Both the position numbers and the translations under genes were made by a program. The notes beneath the pieces are model-generated. The model was not told the origin of the DNA and ran no database searches. It saw nothing but the letters and a program-made list of their open reading frames with translations. From the NCBI RefSeq assembly GCF_018350175.1, contig NC_058368.1, forward strand, positions 93,498,001 through 93,562,000: DNA of 64,000 nucleotides, given 5' to 3'. Each line of letters begins with the position of its first letter. The stretch's first letter is position 1. Of the stretch, positions 13,412 to 26,969 are shown in pieces. Source of the DNA: Felis catus (lineage: Eukaryota).

Positions 13412-13613
13412 TTTACTGTTTTTATTTTTGAGAGAGAGAGACAGAGCAAGCAGGAGAGGGGCAGAGAGACAGAGGGAGACACAGAATCCGAACCAGGCTC
13501 CAGGCTCTGAGCTGTCAGCACAGATCCCAACATGGGGCTCAAACTTACAAGCCATGAGAACGTGACCTCAGCAGAAGTTGGTCACTCTACCGACTGAGCC
13601 ACCCAGGTGCCCC
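13412..13613 (-). mobile_element. Felid CanSINE
   Basis: TSD TCATGCATATTTTT on both sides. Confidence 0.95.
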
Positions 13614-14252
13614 TCACGTCATGCATATTTTTAAGACTCCTTCCTGTAATCAGTGATCTTATCTAACGGGACATTTTTTATTGTTTATATTTCAAGTGCA
13701 CTTTCTCTTTCTGGTAGTTGTGCTGAAGCAGTATCAAGTCCATTTTGGCTCTCCATTTCTCTTTTCCTCACAGCTTTTATTTAGGCTGACTTTACTTGCC
13801 TCCAGAACCATGAGCAGTCACTCACTGGAAATAGGTGCTTTTTCATCTCTTATTAAAAGGTAATTTAAAGTTCAATCTGCTCTGCCCTTTATTCATGCTG
13901 CTGGTCTGATTTTATGTATTCTTGTTGCTTCGTGTTGTTTTATGAAGGATATGGAGATACGTATTGAAGCCACTGCCGTAAGTCTTCATCTAACCCATGA
14001 ATACTGTTTGATGTTGATGCCTCCATCAACTTAAAGCAATTCCATTCAATCCTAGTTTCTTAGGATTTTTCCCTAAAATGAGTATTTTCACCAACTGCTT
14101 TTCCTCATTTAGTGAGATGGTAAAATGAGATAATCAACTGATAGTTCCTTCTAAGTTCTTTAATGCAGTCATTATGTTGATGGAGTTTTAAAAGTTGGCC
14201 CTTTTTCCATCACTGTAATTCCCTCTAAGTTGATGAGGATCTATTGGTCTTT

Positions 14253-14469
14253 TTGTTTTTTTTTTTAATGTTTATTTATTTCTGAGGCAGAGAGAGACAG
14301 AGCATGAGTGGGGGAGGGTCAGAGAGAGAGGGAGACACAGAAGCAGAAGCAGGCTCCAGGCTCTGTGCTGGCGGCACAGAGCCCGACACGGGGCTGGAAC
14401 TCACAAACCGTGAGATCATGACCTGAGCCGAAGTTGGTCGCTCAACCGACTGAGCCACCCAGGTGCCCG
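14253..14469 (-). mobile_element. Felid CanSINE
   Basis: TSD GATCTATTGGTCTTT at 14238 and 14471. Confidence 0.95.
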
Positions 14470-15026
14470 AGATCTATTGGTCTTTGAATTCACTGCTAAA
14501 TTACATTTATAAATATTTCATTGCCAATTTTTGCCCCCATGTCCACCAATGAGATTTCCTACACTTTTTTTTTTTTACAGGTCTGATACCTTTGTTCAGT
14601 TTGGCAATCAGGGAAGTGTTAGGTTCTTGAAATAAGTTGAGTATCAGGCCATGTTTTCTTGGTTCTAGAACATAAGGACTCTCTTCCCCTTTAAGTTTTG
14701 GAAGGCTTTATTCACAAAACTGCTTAAGCCTCAAGAAAACTGCACATTTTCTTTTTTTTCCCCAATGGTTTTAGACTTATTCAGGTTTCCTATTTCTTTA
14801 TCCAATTTTAACATTTTATATTTTATTAAAAAATATTCTAATTTACTTACTGTTCAAATATTTAATATTTTTAGAATTTTTTTGTAATATTTATGTGAAA
14901 TTTTAAAAATGTGTTATATCTACAATTATATTCTCTTTCAACATTCTCACTAATGTTTTATGTGCCTTCTATTTTCTAGATAAACCTGCCATTTTGTATG
15001 TATTGTTTTTTTAGGTTTTTGACCTT

Positions 15027-15230
15027 ACTTGTTTAACGTTTTATTTATTTTTGAGAGACAGAACACAAGCAAGGGAGGAGCAGAGAGAGAGGGGGACACA
15101 GAATCTAAAGCAGGCTCCAGGCTTTGAGCTGTCAGCACAGAGCCCAATGCAGGGCTCAAACTCACGAACTGCAAGATCATGACCTGAACTGAAGTCAGAA
15201 AGTTTACCAACTGAGCCACCCAGGTGCCCC
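15027..15230 (-). mobile_element. Felid CanSINE
   Basis: Full reverse-complement body. Confidence 0.93.
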
Positions 15231-15721
15231 GAGTTTTTGCCGTTATTGATCTACTCAAGGACATTTATGTTTGTTTGTTTTCTATTTTGCTCATGTGTTT
15301 AACTTTCTTAGTCTTTCCTTCTAATTGTTTCTAATTTATTTTGTTCTTTGTCTTAATTCTTATATTGAACGTTCAGTTTGATTTAATTTCTATTTTTTTC
15401 ATTTGCTGACTTGTGCCTCTAAAGCCATACATCTTCCTCTGACTACCACTTCAGCCATATCCCAAAGCACAGATTTTTTTTTACATACTGTTCTCAGTGT
15501 TGTTCATTTGTAAATACTCTGTCACTTTTGTTTTTATAATCTCACCAAGCCAATAATTACTTAAAAGGGTGTTTATGTAAATCTTTTTTAGAGTAGGAAC
15601 TGAATTTTATTGAGAATAACTTCTTGGATTGTGTTGTACAGTGAAAACGGCTTGTATGATTTTTTCCTTTTTATATTGATTTAGGTTTCCTTATGACCTA
15701 ACACATGGTCTGTTTGGTAAT

Positions 15722-15725
<4 letters not shown>

Positions 15726-15772
<47 letters not shown>
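15726..15772. repeat. (CA)n microsatellite
   Basis: Seen directly. Confidence 0.97.
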
Positions 15773-15774
<2 letters not shown>

Positions 15775-15776
<2 letters not shown>

Positions 15777-16381
15777 TTCAGCAAAACTGCTTCCTCTTCT
15801 TTCTACACACACACAGAAAATATTTCCCAGCCTCCCCTCCAAAAAGGTATGGCCAAAAAAATGAGGAAGTGTTTATTTCCAGGTCTTGACGATAAAAATC
15901 TTCAACTTTGATCCACCAGATTCCTTTAAGGCTTGAGCTGATGAACACAGTGACCTTGGAGGCTGCCTGTTGAAGCCAGAAGATAAAAGGAATCAGGGCG
16001 CTAAATCACCTCCTGCATGAGAGGCATGGGTTCATCACAAACACACATTTTTTTTTATTTTTTTTTAACCTTTATTTATTTTTGAGACAGAGAGAGACAG
16101 AGCATGAATGGGGGAGGGGCAGAGAGAGAGGGAGACACAGAACGGGAAGCAGGCTCCAGGCTCTGAGCCATCAGCCCAGAGCCCGACGCGGGGCTCAAAC
16201 TCACGGACCGCGAGATCGTGACCTGAACTGAAGTCGGACGCTTAACCGACTGAGCTACCCAGGCGCCCCACAAACACACATTTTGAATTTCACATGAAGA
16301 AGAAATAAAATTCTACGATGTGGAATCACTGAGAGTTTGGGGTTTATCTGTTATACCAGCTAGTGTTGTCTATGTAATACA
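15775..16381 (+). mobile_element. MLT1-type MaLR LTR split by a SINE
   Basis: ATTTCCCAGCCTCCC near the start; AGAAATAAA...CACTGAGAGTTTGGGGTTTATCTGTTATACCAGC...AATACA at the end. Confidence 0.65.
16052..16269 (-). mobile_element. Young felid CanSINE
   Basis: CpGs retained; perfect TSD ACAAACACACATTTT at 16037 and 16270. Confidence 0.97.
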
Positions 16382-18889
16382 TTGACTAAACAGGCTTCTC
16401 TATTATTTCTAAAGACTGAGATTGGTGTTGACTAGAATATGGCAACACGATTCAATCTTCCAATTTTGTCTCCCTGTATTCTTACAGCCAGTTAGTTTCT
16501 TTCTTGGCATTTGTCATCACCTGTACTGTTGGATGTTAAACTCTCCTGATGGCTTATGTCTAACATGTTGTTCTCAAGAGCTCATCCCCTGAAGGCAAAG
16601 GATATTCTATGTTGTACATCAATCTATATGCAATATCAAGTACATTGCCTCATACCTAGGAGATATTCAACAAACACTTCCTGAATGGATGAATAAATGG
16701 AGAATGACCATTAGACAGAGCCCTTTGTGGAAGAAATCTATGTTACTTCTCTGGTGGCACCTAGAAAACCCACTGTATATATTTGTATTTAAGTGTATGC
16801 TAGAAGGATCAACTGTTAGAGGCTTAGGGAATGTCTATAGTGGGAAAAGGAAGAATTCCAAGCAGATTGTTAAAATGGTCATTTAAATGCACAGTGAATC
16901 TTCACCACTTTGAATATCTGCCTTTGCCACATTTCTCTCCCACAGAAAAGGCTGGAGACATAGACGAGGGAGCCATCCTTTCCAAACCTTAATTTTCAAA
17001 AATAGAACAGAAACTAAGTACCAGAGAACCACTTGCAAATATACCATCTACTCCAAAAAAGCAAGTGACACAGGACTAGCCTTCAATTATTTAATCAACC
17101 AATCCAAAGATATCAAGGGCTTTGACCATATGGTCTTTCTTCCATCTCTCTTCTACTGTAAGACTACTACACTGCAGGCAAAAATATATTTCACTCTCCT
17201 ACCTCTCTGTCTTCATGCCTTGCTCCTGCTTTTTCCTCAGTTTGTAATGTCCCTCCCCATCTTTATCCCACCCTACTCTGCCTTCTGATTTCTCTTTGTC
17301 CTTCAAGGTCAAGCCAGATGGTCACTCACCTCGAGTTTCTTCTGCAATTCTTACAGCTAGAAATGAACCTCTCTCTTCTGCTGAGATCAGCTACTTTATT
17401 ATTTGGTTTAATGTGGAATAGTCTACGAGCAGAGATCAGTATTTAATATACGGCAATGTGGACGATATTAAAATGGGAGTCTTACGCTATATAGTTCAAG
17501 GGTTCAAAAAATTACGCTGAGAATGTGCACCTGAATGTGACAACTTACAACTATGTGTAATGGCTGCAAACTAGTTATATAAAAACAAAAATAAAAACTG
17601 CATCTAATTTAGAAAAAAAAAAAATCTAACTACATGCCTGGAGAAAAATCTTGAAAAAATTGGTCCAGGATAGGGAAAGATAACGAATGGCTAATCATCA
17701 AACAAGAGGGCATGTGGAAAAAAAGAGGTGGGGGGTGGGGGGTGGGAATTGGTGATGGCCTTTAGGGGATGTTTCCAAACCTAGGGTGGAGAAAAAAACA
17801 GATGGAAATACAGCTGAAAGAAGGTCTAAAATAACAGAAGACAGTGTAAGGAAACGATGCAAAATAGGAGCTGTCCACAGTGCTACGTAAGAGTACAGAT
17901 TGCTGGGAATAAGCCCAGGCATGGAGACCCGAGAGAAACTGAATGTGGACTTCTTTCAGAACTGGAGTTGTATGTGGAGCTGCTATGCAGCTGGATCCTT
18001 AGGATACACTTAGATCCAACGTGAGCAAAGTACCTGAGACACTACCTCCTTTCATACATTGCCCTCAAGACCACAGTTAAGCAAACTTGGAGCAAACTTG
18101 GCCTAATTCGAATCAAAACAGCAAAACAGTCTCATTTGGAGTTACTTGTGTGTATCTTTTTCTCCCTTTGAGAAACCATCTTTCTCATCACCGTATCTAT
18201 CACAGTACATAAATGGCTACGTTGAACAATTACGTTGTTCTAGGATTCCTCAAGTATTTCCAACATGACTTCCACAAGGACTTTAGCAACTCTCCAAGAA
18301 CTTGGGCAAATCACTTAGATTATAGAGATGTTAAATTTTAACACTAGAAGTAATGCTGGACATGTTCAAGGTCTGGGAAGACAACAAATGATTTTGTCAT
18401 TATGGCCAACTATGATTGATTGCTCTTGACTGCTGGGAGCTCTGCTTTGAGAAGGACTCAGAGGTCATTTCCTATGGAATGCAGGCTTCAATTCATTGGC
18501 GATCCCTGCTAGGGAAAATGGTAGCTTGCCATGGCTTATCTGAGATAAGGTCTCCTTTTGCAGACACAAGTGAGTGTTACAGAACAAGTAACTTGCTCCA
18601 AGTCCAGTAGCTATTTACTGTCAAAGCCAAGACAACCTAGATCTCCTGTATCAGGACTCATTCCATTATACAAAACTGGGACAGAGTTTTGTGTGTTTTT
18701 TTTCCTTACAGACAATTCCATTTTCCTATAGTACTACTTGTTTAGACCTCTGTTTAGACTTTTTTTTTTTTTAGAGTAGCTGAAGACACAAGAGTAAAAA
18801 CTTCAAAACCTGACAAAGATTTGTGCATATTATGGTATCCGTATCTCTAAAACCACAACTACGTAAAGACTATTAGAGAAGGTAACCTA

Positions 18890-19430
18890 AAAAAAAAAAA
18901 TGGTGTTACTCATCTTCCCTCCATCAATCCAAAACACAGTGGATTAAAACAATAGTCATTTAATAACTCTCACATTTCTATGGGTCAGAAAGGTAGGTGG
19001 GAGTGAGATGGCTGGGAAATTTTAGTTCAGTCTTTCAAGAGGTTGCAATCAAAGAGTAGCTGAAACTAGGGTCATCTCAAAGCTAGGAATATCGAAATGG
19101 AGGAGACGTGAATAGCTGGAGACTGGAATAATTGGGCACCTCAGGCATCCTCACTGTCTCTGTGTGGATTTGCCATGTGGGTCTCCAACCTGGTGGCTTC
19201 AGGGTAGCCAGACTTCTTATAAGTCAGCTCAGAACTCCCAAAGTGCATGTATTGAGAGAAAGAGAGACTACTGAAAGTTGTCCTACCTTTAATAATCCAA
19301 TCTCAGAGCTCACAGAGTATCACTCTGTCATACTCTTTCAGTCAAGGCAGTTATAAAGCCCACCTAGACCCCACCTCTCAGTGGAGGAGTGTTAATGCCA
19401 CATTATCAGAAGACAATACGGGATGATCTA
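18890..19430 (-). mobile_element. MLT1-type MaLR LTR
   Basis: CCAAAACACAGTGGATTAAAACAA...CTCACATTTCTATGGGTCAG resembles an antisense MLT1 3' end. Confidence 0.6.
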
Positions 19431-19544
19431 TATAACCTGACATGAAGGATTAGTAAGAGTCCAATGTTGGCAATTCAGCTAAGAGTTCAAAAGCAACTGT
19501 ATCACAATATTCTGGGTATTAGGATATTATTAATTAGCCCAGAT

Positions 19545-20810
19545 TAGGGTTGCCATGAGGCACCCCCTTATATTTGAACTTCAGATAAACAATGAATAAT
19601 TTTTAGTATAAAGTCAGATAAAGGGTTAGTATACAAAATCTGTAAAGAACTAATCAGACTCCACATCCAAAAAACAAATAATCCAGTGAAGATATGGACA
19701 AAAGACATGAATAGACTCTTTTCCAAAGAAGACATCCAGATGGCCAACAGACACATGAAAAGATCTCAACATCACTCATCATCAGGAAAATACAAATCTA
19801 AACCACAATGAAATACCAACCCACACCTGTCCGAGTGGCTAAAATTAACAACTCAAGAGGCAACAGATGTTGACAAGGACGTGTAGAAAGGGGAACCTTC
19901 TTGCACTGTTGGTGGGAATGCAAACTGGTACAGCCACTCTGGAAAACAGTAAGGAGGTTCCTCAAAAAATTAAAAATAAAACGACCCTATAACCCAGCAA
20001 TTGCACTACTAGGTATTTATCTGAAGGATACAAAAGTACTGAATCGAAGGAACACGTGCACCCCAATGTTTATAGCTGTGCTATCAACAACAACCAAATT
20101 ATAGAAAGAGCCATAATGTCCATTGACTGATGAATGGATAAAGAAGATGTGATACACACACACATGCACACACATATATACATACACACACACATACATA
20201 CATACAATGGAATATAACTCAGTGATCAGAAAGAATGAAATCTTGCCATTTGCAACAACATGGATAGAACTGGGGGATATTATGCTAAGCCAAAAAGTCA
20301 GTCAGAGAAAGATAAATATATTATGATTTCACTCACATGTGGAATTTAAGAAACAAATCAGATGAATATAGGGGAAGAGAAGGAAAAATAAGATAAAAAC
20401 AGAGAGGGAGGCCAACCGTAAGCCACTCTTAAATATAGAGAACAAACTGAGGGTTGTTGGAGGGGAGGTGGGTGGAAAGATGGGCTAAATAGGTGATGGG
20501 TATTAAGGAGGGCACTTGGTGGGATGAGCACTGGGTGTTATATGTAAGTGATAAATCACTGGGTTCTACTCCAGAAACCAATACTACACTGGATGCTAAC
20601 TAAAAAAATTTTTAAATAAAAAAATAACAGACACATGAAATATTTAAATAAAAAATAATAATAATTTTTAGTCTGTGACCTATGTAACACTTAGGACATA
20701 CTTATACCTCCCAAAATTATTCATTGTTTACCTGAAATTCAGATTTAGCTAGGCAACCTGTTTTTTGTTTTATTTTGTTTGTTTGTTTTTTGCTAAGTCT
20801 GGCAACCCTA
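19545..20810. mobile_element. MER53 palindromic hAT transposon split by an L1
   Basis: TIRs TAGGGTTGCCA (19545) and TGGCAACCCTA (20800-20810); complementary arms TTCAGATAAACAATGAATAATT and AATTATTCATTGTTTACCTGAA; 8-bp TSD GCCCAGAT/TCCCAGAC. Confidence 0.88.
19608..20659 (+). mobile_element. 5'-truncated carnivore L1
   Basis: ORF 19901-20104 [16 protein letters not shown] (ORF2p); 3'UTR; TSD AATAATTTTTAGT at 19595 and 20660. Confidence 0.95.
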
Positions 20811-21789
20811 TCCCAGACTGACTCAAATGGTCAAGGAAGCAATGTTTTCATCTGGTGGCAAGGCTGGGAATGAGACAATCTTAGTGCTGGTGTTACCATT
20901 ACTCTTCAAGTTTGCCTGGATTTAGTGACCAAAAATGCCTTATCTGAAGCAGTTTCCACCTCTGGAGTGGAAAATTGAGTGCCGTGCTCTAAGACAAGAG
21001 TGAACTGGGGATCATTGTCTTCTTAGCTCTCTGATTTCCTGGAGTTTTCTTTTTCCATCTTTCAGCTGTGCATAAGCTGATCTCCTGGCACTGGTTTTGT
21101 TTCCTGACAGGCAACATTAATTCATTTTCACATTCACACTCAAATCACTTCCCTCTCTAACAACAACAATAATGGTGAAAGCCCATTTGGAAAACAGCTT
21201 GATGGAACAGCTGCTTCATACTCATTATGAGTCTAACACTTTCTCTAATTGGGGAGAAGGGATGCCCACAACTTGAAGTGCATTGCAGTTCAGGTAGCCA
21301 GTAAACACTGCACTTCTTTTTCAGATGTATTTTTTCTACTCATGCAATTAATATAGAAAATGTTTATTCAATTTCTATACCATCTCAAGTGACTTACTAA
21401 AATCTTCGCCATAACCTCCAGGCCTAACCAGCCAGGTGTCTTTCAATGCCTCCCTCATTATCCTGTAAGTCCCAAAGCTGCCTCATGTTCCCAAAGTCAA
21501 ACAAAGACTGGCTTAAATGCTCCCTTTTATGTAGCATCATTACACCCTGGTGTGTAATCTATTATGGGTCCTCAAATTAGGATTAGAGACTTAAGACATT
21601 CACTAACAAACTAACAGCATAATTGGCATTGTGTTCTTCCTCTGCTACAGACAACTACCAGTAATGATGACTCACCTGAATTCATGTTGCCATGGGAACT
21701 ATCAGGGTGATGTACTACTACTTGTAGGAAATGGCCTTAGTAGCACAGTTATCGGTCCAGAGGTAGGCAGGTAGACATGGAAGACAAGT

Positions 21790-22500
21790 AGATAGCCCCA
21801 GTTACTCTGAAGGCCACCCTGAAGTAATGTCAGAAGTCGTTTTGGGATTAAGCCAATACCAATACCAGAAAGATGGAGAGGCAGAAAAAGCCCGGGTCCT
21901 TGACGACATTACTGAGCCACTTGCTTTGTACCACACCTGACGCAAACATAGGAGATGATAGATTTCCTTATTGATTAATCATTTTGAGTCAGGATTCTCT
22001 GAGTCTAGCAGCCAAAGCTTCTTCACTAATACTAGATATAGAATGGGGGATCCAGCCAAAAGGAAAAACAAATTTAATCTTTTTCTCAAGCAGTTTTTAA
22101 AAAGTTAATTTTAAGTAAGAGTTGATACGCTATACAGACCTTTTTCCAAAAATATAGTGAGACTGCATTTCCCGGCCATTGTCTCAGATAGCCTTGGAGT
22201 CTGTGTGGCTGAGTTAGACCAAAGAAATGGAAAGTGAGTGTATTCTAAGGTCTTGGCCCTTAAAATGATCTCCCCAAATTCTTAGCTCTTTCTTCTCTTC
22301 CCCAGAAACTTTAGAAGTCACATATTTGGATGCCGTAACTACAAGGCAGAAGCAGGCTGGTTCCCTGATGTCCTGCTTGGAGAGCAGTTTCTCAATCCAT
22401 ATGAGTCTGGGATGTAGGCAAGAAAACACCTTCATGTAAAGCAACTGAGATTTCAGGATTTATTTACCACAGTACAGATGAGCCCCAGCTAGTACACCAA
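21790..22500 (+). mobile_element. Two old MLT1-type LTR remnants (~21790-22032 and ~22155-22500)
   Basis: GGGTCCTTGACGACATTACTGAGCCAC; CTGCATTTCCCGGCC...ACTGAGATTTCAGGATTTATTTACCACAG. Confidence 0.5.
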
Positions 22501-22740
22501 GATGGAACTAAGCTACTAGACGATAGTAACGTGTGAGGGGAAAAGTCAGTTCTAAAGTCTGTGTTTGTTTGGAAGAACAATGGCTCTTTTGACTAGCTAT
22601 GTGTGTTTAAAACAATTAGAATGTCAATGTAATTTCAAACATTTAGAGAGAAAATGAAAAAAAAAAAAACGAAACTCAATCATTCACACTTAAGGGGAAA
22701 TGGCATGATACTGCAATTTCCTTTAAAATCCTTCAGCCAA

Positions 22741-23466
22741 TGGGAATGCAAGCTGGTGCAGCTACTCTGGAAAACAGTATGGAGGTTCCTCAAAAAACTA
22801 AAAATAGAACTACCCTACAACCCAGCAATTGCGCTACTAGGCATTTATCCACAGGATACAGGTGTGCTGTTTCGAAGGGACACATGAACCCCCATGTTTA
22901 TAGCAGCACTATCAACAATAGCCAAAGTATGGAAAGAGCCCAAATGTCCATTGATGGATGAATGGATAAAGAAGATGTGGTAATATATACACGCATACAC
23001 ACATACACACACACACACATACATACATACATACATACACACAATGGAGTATTACTCAGCAATCAAAAAGAATGAAATCTTGACATGTGCAACTACGTGA
23101 ATAGAACTGGAGGGTATTATGCTAAGTGAAATTAGAGAAAGACAAAAATCATATGACTTCACTCATATGAGGACTTTAAGAGACAAAACAGATGAACATA
23201 AGGGAAACAAAAATAATATAAAAACAGGGAGGGGGACAAAACAGAAGAGACTCATATATGCAGTACAAACTGAGGGTTACTGGAGGGGTTGTGGCAGGGG
23301 GGTGGTCTAAATGGGTAAGGGGCATTAAGGAATCTACTCCTGAAATCATTATTTCACTATATGCTAATTTGGATGTAAATTTTAAAAATAAAAGAATTTT
23401 TTATTAAAAAATAAATGTATTAAAAATAAAGAAAATAAATAAAAATTATTTAAAAGTAAATAAAAT
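22741..23466 (+). mobile_element. 5'-truncated felid L1
   Basis: [38 protein letters not shown]-rich tail; perfect TSD AAAATCCTTCAGCCAA at 22725-22740 and 23467-23482, at a TTT/AAAA site. Confidence 0.96.
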
Positions 23467-24224
23467 AAAATCCTTCAGCCAAAAAAGGAGAGAGAAGAGC
23501 TAAATAAAGTATATGCGGCAAACATTGATCATTGTCACATCTGTGTGAGATGAGTATAGGGGTTTATCATACTTTTTATTATGCTTAAGGTTTTTTTAAT
23601 AAAAAGTAAAAACAAAAAACCAAAATAAACCACAAAAAAAAATCAAATAGCAGAAGTAAATCCAATTAGATCGATAATCCTAATAAGTGTAAACATAGTG
23701 AACATACTAACTAAAAGTAAAAGACTTTCAGATTAAGGGGAAAAATTAAGTTCTACTGACCAAAGTTGTTATTTCTGTAACTCTAGGCAATGTGCTATAC
23801 CTCTTTTCATTGATTTATCAACTTCATTAACTTCCTTTTGTTCTTATCCATCCTTGATTCTATGGCCCACTGTTATAATCATAGATTGTCTTGGTAGTTA
23901 TTAAAACTGTTACTTTGCATATTTCATTTAAACCTTATTTTCTATTCCATTAACTTTAGATAGTAGCCCTTGATTCTCACTCTGAAGATATAGCTATCTC
24001 CTAAGCCCCTCTTTCCTCACTGTCAACATACCCCGACCACCATTAGCTGCACTCATACTTTCAAATTATCAAAATGTTTAACTCTTACATGTTTGAACTA
24101 CAAAAAAATTAAACAACACAAATCTTCAATGCTTTTATCAGAAATGTGTTATAAAAGCTAGCTTCCATAAGGTAGGAAGCTGTCACCAGAATTAGAGGGA
24201 CAGCTAAGGTAAGGGTATAAAAGG

Positions 24225-24375
24225 AAAAGCACAGTAATTGTGGAAGCCGGTTTATCAAACTACCTCTCTAACCATTACTAGTGGTCCTCGATAAGTCACT
24301 TCTGTGACCCCCCTTCCTTCATCTGTAAAATGAAGGACTTGGTCTAAACTTCTCCTCTAGAATCTTTCAGCACCA
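24225..24375 (+). mobile_element. MIR SINE remnant
   Basis: MIR core AAGTCACTT...TTCCTTCATCTGTAAAATGAAGG. Confidence 0.65.
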
Positions 24376-25566
24376 GACGGAAAAATTAAAATAGAATAAA
24401 ATTACTCAATTCAGGTGCCAAAAAAGCAAAGTACACCAATAGCTTTAGGAAATCAGTTGGGGCTAAAGTAAGGGTCAACCACGACCTTTATTCACACCAC
24501 TGGATTTGTGGTGCGTTTTGCTCCAGCGGGATGCAGAGATGGCGTATTTATTCAATTCTTTCCACTAGGAACATTAAAATGCAAATATATGTAAATTATG
24601 GACATTATAAATGAGAACAAGAAAGAGAGAGAGAGAGAACAACATAAAATCCTGATTACTGGTTGGCTGAAGGGACATCAGCAGGATCCTGAAATGAAAC
24701 CCAAAATCTATGCTTGGAGAACCGCAGCCAGGATAAATCCCCACTCGCGCCCCTGCATTTCTAAAGTCACCACCTGGACTCTCTGTCATCAGTTACTGCT
24801 CAGTGCTCCTGGCTGCATTAACATTGCACATACGTAGGAGGTACAGAATCTCAACCCACAAAACTCAAGTATGCCAAAATTCAACTTTGTCTTCTATATA
24901 TGACCTTCCTTCCTATCTCAAACTTTCCATTCCTTCTCTTGGTAGAAACATCAATCAGACACTTCCGGGTAAAATCCCTCAAGTCGGAGTTTTCTTCTCT
25001 CGACCCTTATCCCTAGGCTTGCAACTAAGTCCCAAGGACAAACAAGGGGCACAGACGAATACTGAGCATCAGAGCATGGGAAATGGCCTTGAGACATGAC
25101 CTCATCTGTCTACACTGACATCTGCTAGGGTGTCCTGGTTCCCTCCAGTCACTGAGCAGAGCCCCGTGCACCCTGTGTGGTGGGTGCCTGGTCAGTTGCA
25201 GTCTCCCTCAGATGCACCCCTCCTCCAATGAGAGGCTTCCTCAGGTCCTGGGGCTTCCTTCAACTACTTCTCTTACCCTATGAGCAGGTACTAGGAAGTA
25301 TGTATGTTTCTCCCCTGTCAGTATCAGATTTATAAGAAACCTGATAGCTCTATCAGAACCTCCATCTGGACACAGCATGTCCCTATTTCCATTCTGCTCT
25401 GTCCACACAATGAAGGGTGCTGAATTTTCAGTGACTTGTCTTTCCTGATCACTCAGTGTGAAGGACGGGTCTCCCCTGCCTTTGGATCACACGCTTTCAC
25501 ACTGGTGCCCTTCACCAGGAAAAAGGTCCCTTCTCAGAGGTACCCTATACTACTAACCCTCTTTAG

Positions 25567-25792
25567 TTTGTTTTTTTTTTTAACGTTTATTTATTTGTTT
25601 TTGAGAGAGAGAGCACACACGTGCACAGGCAGAGGAGGGGCAGAGAGGGAGAAGGAGACAGAGAATCCAAAGCAGGCTCCAGGCTCCAAGCTGTCAGCAC
25701 AGAGCCTGACGCAGGCTGTGAACTCACAAACCATGAGATCGTGACCTCAGCCGAAGTCGGATGCTTAACTGACTGAGCCACCCAGGCACCCC
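25567..25792 (-). mobile_element. Felid CanSINE
   Basis: TSD CTAACCCTCTTTA on both sides. Confidence 0.95.
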
Positions 25793-26495
25793 CCTTCTAA
25801 CCCTCTTTATTTCCTCTGCTTTGTCAGCACCCTCAATTCACAGCTGCAATAAGTGAGATCCAAGGAGGTTAACACACAGCCCAAGACCACACAGCTTACT
25901 ACTTCCTCTGATTCTAGTGTCGTCATTGACTTCTCCATCTGCTCATTCATGAAATAAACACTTGTGGGATTCCAACAACTGCCACTCACCAAGAAGAGGA
26001 CAATATCACTGCTTTGTGCAATTCACAATCTAGTGAGAGAGGCAGAGTTGTAAACAGATAATGATCATACAGTTAAATAACTGACCAAATAGATGTGTAA
26101 ACAAGTAAGATGATAGCTATTGTAGAAGACTCTCTAGAAATTTCCCTACTGGAACCTGAACTTCCACCCATCCTGATTTTCTTTCAAGAGTAAACAGAGA
26201 AAATTAACAGACTCACCATTCACTACCATTCTCTAAATAGTCACTAAAATTACAGAAACTTCTTTCAGAAAGTGGGCCATGTATATTCAACAAGAGGAGG
26301 AAAATGGTATGATCTAAATATCCCTCACTTGAAGTTTTTCTTTGTTTATGAATTCAAGCATACTTTTTATGTTTCATAAAAGAATAGATACAAAACTGTC
26401 CTACAGTATCTAAAACCATCTAAGCCCACAGTGATTTAAGGAAACTGTGAATCCAGGGGTGCCTGGGTGGCTCAGTTGATTAAGCATCCAACTCC

Positions 26496-26969
26496 TTGGC
26501 CAAAATGAACAAATCAGGAGACTATAGATGCTGGAGAGGATGTGGAGAAACGGGAACCCTCTTGCACTGTTGGTGGGAATGCAAACTGGTACAGCCTCTC
26601 TGGAAAACAGTGTGGAGTTTCCTCAAAAAATTAAAAATAAAGCTACCCTACAACCCAGCAGTAGCACTGCTAGGAATTTACCCAAGGGATACAGGAGTAC
26701 TGATGGATAGGGGCACTTGTACCCCAATGTTTATAGCAGCACTCTCAACAATAGCCAAATTGTGGAAAGAGCCTAAATGTCCATCAACTGACGAATGGAT
26801 AAAGAAATTGTGGTTTATATACACAATGGAGTACTACGTGACAATGAGAAAGAATGAAATACGGCCCTTTGTAGCAACGTGGATGGAACTGGAGAGTGTG
26901 ATGCTAAGTAAAATAAGCCATACAGAGAAAGACAGACACCATATGTTTTCACTCTTATGTGGATCCTGA
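26496..26969 (+). pseudogene. L1 ORF2p C-terminal fragment (Cys-rich region), open to the stop codon
   Basis: 157 aa ORF containing [29 protein letters not shown]; no endonuclease or RT domain, so non-autonomous. Confidence 0.92.

Larger units (their letters stand above)
7080..15720 (-). mobile_element. Block of old antisense L1M fragments hosting younger insertions
   Basis: T-rich antisense L1 ORF2-like segments at ~7080-7330, 8200-9200, 10340-11020 and 14010-15720 (e.g. AATGGTATCACTGTGTACTTTTAATTTGCATTTCC). Confidence 0.65.
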
